In this document: positions 57,201 through 64,000 of the stretch, piece by piece
How positions within the stretch are numbered: the first letter of the stretch is position 1
How the letters are laid out: each line of letters starts with the position of its first letter
Assembly: GCA_964247055.1 (NCBI GenBank)
Contig: OZ176052.1
Location: forward strand, 9,982,001 to 10,046,000
Length of the DNA: 64,000 nt
Direction: 5' to 3'
Origin: Paragordius varius
Lineage: Eukaryota > Animalia > Nematomorpha
Position numbers and translations under genes: made by a program
The notes under the pieces: generated by a model
What the model saw: only the letters and a program-made list of their open reading frames with translations
What the model was told of the DNA's origin: nothing
Database searches by the model: none

Positions 57201-60200
57201 TTGGGCCCACCCCGTGTGAAAAATGGGTTAAGTCAATTTTTTGGAGAACGTGTTGGACCATTCAATTTCAAATATGATTTTTGTTTACTTATTTTCGATT
57301 GCGCCGAACATAGTCGAGTCACTTTTTTGATTTAGGCCCTCTTTTTACCCGCTCCCCCCGTAAAATGCCATTTTTTTCAAAAAAGTCCACAAAAATATTT
57401 TTTTGATTGTATTTTTTTGCCCACGGTATGAGACTGTAAAAATTCGAGAAAGATTTTTCGTTTTGCCTGTTAAAAGGCAAAAATTTTAGTCAAGCGTTTC
57501 TTTGATGATAGATGCTGAGTAAGGAGTATCTATCATATGCATAGCATGTTAAAAGATATATGGATATTAATACATTATTTATCCTCATCTATATATTTAT
57601 AAAAATGGAAAAGGCTGGCTTTGTGATCTGGTACAGGAAAACCGGTAGACCCAATCAAATCCAAATATCGAAAAAATATAATCATTAATAAATGTCCCGA
57701 CAATAGCTTCGCCCTTTTTTTGAAATAGGCCCCCAGTTCGGGCCCACCCCGTATGAAAAACGGGTTTTTTTTGAAAACAGAAGTCCACAAAATCGTGTTT
57801 TTGAGACAATATTCCGGAGAACGTGTTGGACCATTCAATTTCAAATATGAATTTTGTTTACTTATTTTCGATTGCGCCGAACATAGTCGAGCCACTTTTT
57901 TGATTTTGGCCCTCTTTTTACCCGCTCCCCCCGTAAAATGCCATTTTTTTCAAAAAAAAATAAAGTCCACAAAAATATTTTTTTGATTGTATTTTTTTGC
58001 CCACGGTATGAGACTGTAAAAATTCGAGAAAGATTTTTCGTATTGCCTGTTAAAAGGCAAAAATTTTAGTCAAGCGTTTCTTTGATGATAGATGCTGAGT
58101 AAGGAGTATCTATCATATGCATAGCATGTTAAAAGATATATGGATATTAATACATTATTTATCCTCATCTATATATTTATAAAAATGGAAAAGGCTGGCT
58201 TTGTGATCTGGTACAGGAAAACCGGTAGACCCAATCAAATCCAAATATCGAAAAAATATAATCATTAATAAATGTCCCGACAATAGCTTCGCCCTTTTTT
58301 TGAAATAGGCCCCCAGTTCGGGCCCACCCCGTATGAAAAACGGGTTTTTTTTGAAAACATAAGTCCACAAAATCGTGTTTTTGAGACAATATTCCGGAGA
58401 ACGTGTTGGACCATTCAATTTCAAATATGAATTTTGTTTACTTATTTTCGATTGCGCCGAACATAGTCGAGCCACTTTTTTGATTTAGGCCCTCTTTTTA
58501 CCCGCTCCCCCCGTAAAATGCCATTTTTTTCAAAAAACAAAGTCCACAAAAATAATTTTCTAAATCGATTTTTCGCCCTAGGTATGAGACCGTAAAAATT
58601 CAATAAAGATTCCACGTATTGCCTGTTAAAAGGCAAAAATTTTAGTCCACCGTTTATTTGATGATAGCTGCTGGGTAAGGAGCTACCCGCTAAAAACTGA
58701 TTTTTCATATAATTTTGTGAACTGTTTCCGGAAAACCGGTGATTCCAATCTCCAAATATCGAAAAAATATAATCATTAATGAATGCCCCGACAATAGCTT
58801 CGCCCTTTTTTGGAATTAGGTCCCCAGTTTGGGCCCACCCCGTGTGAAAAATGGGTTAAGTCAATTTTTTGGAGAACGTGTTGGACCATTCAATTTCAAA
58901 TATGATTTTTGTTTACTTATTTTCGATTGCGCCGAACATAGTCGAGTCACTTTTTTGATTTAGGCCCTCTTTTTACCCGCTCCCCCCGTAAAATGCCATT
59001 TTTTTCAAAAAAGTCCACAAAAATATTTTTTTGATTGTATTTTTTTGCCCACGGTATGAGACTGTAAAAATTCGAGAAAGATTTTTCGTTTTGCCTGTTA
59101 AAAGGCAAAAATTTTAGTCAAGCGTTTCTTTGATGATAGATGCTGAGTAAGGAGTATCTATCATATGCATAGCATGTTAAAAGATATATGGATATTAATA
59201 CATTATTTATCCTCATCTATATATTTATAAAAATGGAAAAGGCTGGCTTTGTGATCTGGTACAGGAAAACCGGTAGACCCAATCAAATCCAAATATCGAA
59301 AAAATATAATCATTAATAAATGTCCCGACAATAGCTTCGCCCTTTTTTTGAAATAGGCCCCCAGTTCGGGCCCACCCCGTATGAAAAACGGGTTTTTTTT
59401 GAAAACAGAAGTCCACAAAATCGTGTTTTTGAGACAATATTCCGGAGAACGTGTTGGACCATTCAATTTCAAATATGAATTTTGTTTACTTATTTTCGAT
59501 TGCGCCGAACATAGTCGAGCCACTTTTTTGATTTTGGCCCTCTTTTTACCCGCTCCCCCCGTAAAATGCCATTTTTTTCAAAAAAAAATAAAGTCCACAA
59601 AAATATTTTTTTGATTGTATTTTTTTGCCCACGGTATGAGACTGTAAAAATTCGAGAAAGATTTTTCGTATTGCCTGTTAAAAGGCAAAAATTTTAGTCA
59701 AGCGTTTCTTTGATGATAGATGCTGAGTAAGGAGTATCTATCATATGCATAGCATGTTAAAAGATATATGGATATTAATACATTATTTATCCTCATCTAT
59801 ATATTTATAAAAATGGAAAAGGCTGGCTTTGTGATCTGGTACAGGAAAACCGGTAGACCCAATCAAATCCAAATATCGAAAAAATATAATCATTAATAAA
59901 TGTCCCGACAATAGCTTCGCCCTTTTTTTGAAATAGGCCCCCAGTTCGGGCCCACCCCGTATGAAAAACGGGTTTTTTTTGAAAACATAAGTCCACAAAA
60001 TCGTGTTTTTGAGACAATATTCCGGAGAACGTGTTGGACCATTCAATTTCAAATATGAATTTTGTTTACTTATTTTCGATTGCGCCGAACATAGTCGAGC
60101 CACTTTTTTGATTTAGGCCCTCTTTTTACCCGCTACCCCCGTAAAATGCAATTTTTTTCAAAAAAAAATAAAGTCCACAAAAATATTTTTTTGATTGTAT

Positions 60201-63200
60201 TGTTTTGCCCACGGTATGAGACTGTAAAAATTCGAGAAAGATTTTTCGTATTGCCTGTTAAAAGGCAAAAATTTTAGTCAAGCGTTTCTTTGATGATAGA
60301 TGCTGAGTAAGGAGTACTTTTTACCCGCTACCCCCGTAAAATGCCATTTTTTTCAAAAAAAAAACAAAGTCCACAAAAATATTTTTTTGATTGTATTTTT
60401 TTGCCCACGGTATGAGACTGTAAAAATTCGAGAAAGATTTTTCGTATTGCCTGTTAAAAGGCAAAAATTTTAGTCAAGCGTTTCTTTGATGATAGATGCT
60501 GAGTAAGGAGTATCTATCATATGCATAGCATGTTAAAAGATATATGGATATCAATACATTATTTATCCTCATCTATATATTTATAAAAATGGAAAAGGCT
60601 GGCTTTGTGATCTGGTACAGGAAAACCGGTAGACCCAATCAAATCCAAATATCGAAAAAATATAATCATTAATAAATGTCCCGACAATAGCTTCGCCCTT
60701 TTTTTGAAATAGGCCCCCAGTTCGGGCCCACCCCGTATGAAAAACGGGTTTTTTTTGAAAACATAAGTCCACAAAATCGTGTTTTTGAGACAATATTCCG
60801 GAGAACGTGTTGGACCATTCAATTTCAAATATGAATTTTGTTTACTTATTTTCGATTGCGCCGAACATAGTCGAGCCACTTTTTTGATTTAGGCCCTCTT
60901 TTTACCCGCTACCCCCGTAAAATGCAATTTTTTTCAAAAAAAAATAAAGTCCACAAAAATATTTTTTTGATTGTATTTTTTTGCCCACGGTATGAGACTG
61001 TAAAAATTCGAGAAAGATTTTTCGTATTGCCTGTTAAAAGGCAAAAATTTTAGTCCACCGTTTATTTGATGATAGCTGCTGGGTAAGGAGCTACCCGCTA
61101 AAAACTGATTTTTCATATAATTTTGTGAACTGTTTCCGGAAAACCGGTGATTCCAATCTCCAAATATCGAAAAAATATAATCATTAATGAATGCCCCGAC
61201 AATAGCTTCGCCCTTTTTTGGAATTAGGTCCCCAGTTTGGGCCCACCCCGTGTGAAAAATGGGTTAAGTCAATTTTTTGGAGAACGTGTTGGACCATTCA
61301 ATTTCAAATATGATTTTTGTTTACTTATTTTCGATTGCGCCGAACATAGTCGAGTCACTTTTTTGATTTAGGCCCTCTTTTTACCCGCTCCCCCCGTAAA
61401 ATGCCATTTTTTTCAAAAAAGTCCACAAAAATATTTTTTTGATTGTATTTTTTTGCCCACGGTATGAGACTGTAAAAATTCGAGAAAGATTTTTCGTTTT
61501 GCCTGTTAAAAGGCAAAAATTTTAGTCAAGCGTTTCTTTGATGATAGATGCTGAGTAAGGAGTATCTATCATATGCATAGCATGTTAAAAGATATATGGA
61601 TATTAATACATTATTTATCCTCATCTATATATTTATAAAAATGGAAAAGGCTGGCTTTGTGATCTGGTACAGGAAAACCGGTAGACCCAATCAAATCCAA
61701 ATATCGAAAAAATATAATCATTAATAAATGTCCCGACAATAGCTTCGCCCTTTTTTTGAAATAGGCCCCCAGTTCGGGCCCACTCCGTATGAAAAACGGG
61801 TTTTTTTTGAAAACAGAAGTCCACAAAATCGTGTTTTTGAGACAATATTCCGGAGAACGTGTTGGACCATTCAATTTCAAATATGAATTTTGTTTACTTA
61901 TTTTCGATTGCGCCGAACATAGTCGAGCCACTTTTTTGATTTTGGCCCTCTTTTTACCCGCTCCCCCCGTAAAATGCCATTTTTTTCAAAAAAAAATAAA
62001 GTCCACAAAAATATTTTTTTGATTGTATTTTTTTGCCCACGGTATGAGACTGTAAAAATTCGAGAAAGATTTTTCGTATTGCCTGTTAAAAGGCAAAAAT
62101 TTTAGTCAAGCGTTTCTTTGATGATAGATGCTGAGTAAGGAGTATCTATCATATGCATAGCATGTTAAAAGATATATGGATATTAATACATTATTTATCC
62201 TCATCTATATATTTATAAAAATGGAAAAGGCTGGCTTTGTGATCTGGTACAGGAAAACCGGTAGACCCAATCAAATCCAAATATCGAAAAAATATAATCA
62301 TTAATAAATGTCCCGACAATAGCTTCGCCCTTTTTTTGAAATAGGCCCCCAGTTCGGGCCCACCCCGTATGAAAAACGGGTTTTTTTTGAAAACAGAAGT
62401 CCACAAAATCGTGTTTTTGAGACAATATTCCGGAGAACGTGTTGGACCATTCAATTTCAAATATGAATTTTGTTTACTTATTTTCGATTGCGCCGAACAT
62501 AGTCGAGCCACTTTTTTGATTTAGGCCCTCTTTTTACCCGCTACCCCCGTAAAATGCAATTTTTTTCAAAAAAAAATAAAGTCCACAAAAATATTTTTTT
62601 GATTGTATTTTTTTGCCCACGGTATGAGACTGTAAAAATTCGAGAAAGATTTTTCGTATTGCCTGTTAAAAGGCAAAAATTTTAGTCAAGCGTTTCTTTG
62701 ATGATAGATGCTGAGTAAGGAGTATCTATCATATGCATAGCATGTTAAAAGATATATGGATATCAATACATTATTTATCCTCATCTATATATTTATAAAA
62801 ATAAAGGCTGGCTTTGTGATCTGGTACAGGAAAACCGGTAGACCCAATCAAATCCAAATATCGAAAAAATATAATCATTAATAAATGTCCCGACAATAGC
62901 TTCGCCCTTTTTTTGAAATAGGCCCCCAGTTCGGGCCCACCCCGTATGAAAAACGGGTTTTTTTTGAAAACAGAAGTCCACAAAATCGTGTTTTTGAGAC
63001 AATATTCCGGAGAACGTGTTGGACCATTCAATTTCAAATATGAATTTTGTTTACTTATTTTCGATTGCGCCGAACATAGTCGAGCCACTTTTTTGATTTA
63101 GGCCCTCTTTTTACCCGCTCCCCCCGTAAAATGCCATTTTTTTCAAAAAACAAAGTCCACAAAAATAATTTTCTAAATCGATTTTTCGCCCTAGGTATGA

Positions 63201-64000
63201 GACCGTAAAAATTCAATAAAGATTCCACGTATTGCCTGTTAAAAGGCAAAAATTTTAGTCCACCGTTTATTTGATGATAGCTGCTGGGTAAGGAGCTACC
63301 CGCTAAAAACTGATTTTTCATATAATTTTGTGAACTGTTTCCGGAAAACCGGTGATTCCAATCTCCAAATATCGAAAAAATATAATCATTAATGAATGCC
63401 CCGACAATAGCTTCGCCCTTTTTTGGAATTAGGTCCCCAGTTTGGGCCCACCCCGTGTGAAAAATGGGTTAAGTCAATTTTTTGGAGAACGTGTTGGACC
63501 ATTCAATTTCAAATATGATTTTTGTTTACTTATTTTCGATTGCGCCGAACATAGTCGAGTCACTTTTTTGATTTAGGCCCTCTTTTTACCCGCTCCCCCC
63601 GTAAAATGCCATTTTTTTCAAAAAAGTCCACAAAAATATTTTTTTGATTGTATTTTTTTGCCCACGGTATGAGACTGTAAAAATTCGAGAAAGATTTTTC
63701 GTTTTGCCTGTTAAAAGGCAAAAATTTTAGTCAAGCGTTTCTTTGATGATAGATGCTGAGTAAGGAGTATCTATCATATGCATAGCATGTTAAAAGATAT
63801 ATGGATATTAATACATTATTTATCCTCATCTATATATTTATAAAAATGGAAAAGGCTGGCTTTGTGATCTGGTACAGGAAAACCGGTAGACCCAATCAAA
63901 TCCAAATATCGAAAAAATATAATCATTAATAAATGTCCCGACAATAGCTTCGCCCTTTTTTTGAAATAGGCCCCCAGTTCGGGCCCACCCCGTATGAAAA
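48280..64000 (+). repeat. Complex satellite array (~580-bp A monomer, ~470-bp B variant, 196-bp partial), Helitron-derived, runs off the window end
   Basis: Twenty A-unit heads (TCTATATATTTATAAAAAT) at 48280, 48860, 49908, 50488, 51264, 52316, 53364, 54140, 55188, 55768, 56543, 57588, 58168, 59216, 59796, 60572, 61624, 62204, 62784 and 63829. Copies are near-identical. Confidence 0.97.

Noticed and set aside
48273-63321. Repeated 106-, 70-, 88-, 77- and 60-aa ORFs (MARLCSAQ..., MSQKHDF..., etc.) as a tandem gene family
   Set aside because: They overlap in several frames and strands of a satellite monomer. The 106-aa ORF starts at GTG, none resembles a protein family I know, and the solo copy disrupts them.
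48280-64000. CRISPR array, 5S/rDNA or snRNA gene cluster
   Set aside because: Units are ~580 bp with no unique spacers and no cas genes, in a eukaryotic context. No 5S, rRNA or snRNA consensus motifs were recognisable.

Overview
AT-rich eukaryotic (most likely invertebrate metazoan) genomic DNA; the host cannot be named from sequence alone. I traced four protein-coding genes by hand across GT-AG introns: MCM4 (minus, 11435-17114, 17 exons), a single-pass leucine-rich-repeat membrane protein (minus, 19728-24715, 4 exons), a kinesin-2/KIF3-like motor (minus, 32283-40807, about 18 exons) and an intronless PEN-2 (plus, 40849-41154). PEN-2 lies head-to-head with the kinesin, only 41 bp apart ATG to ATG. 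The most unusual signal is four ultra-short introns (21, 25, 25, 25 nt) at the 5' ends of MCM4 and the kinesin; the other 32 introns I traced are all at least 63 nt. The non-coding DNA holds many transposon relics: foldback elements, hAT-type and TA-target MITEs, a degenerate Mos1-like mariner, a putative tRNA-derived SINE and a 578-bp non-autonomous Helitron-like element. From 48280 to the window end lies a satellite of at least 15.7 kb. Its ~580-bp monomer begins exactly at that Helitron-like 5' TC terminus and forms irregular higher-order repeats. The repeated short ORFs in the satellite are artefacts. No CRISPR array, rRNA gene or intact tRNA gene was seen.
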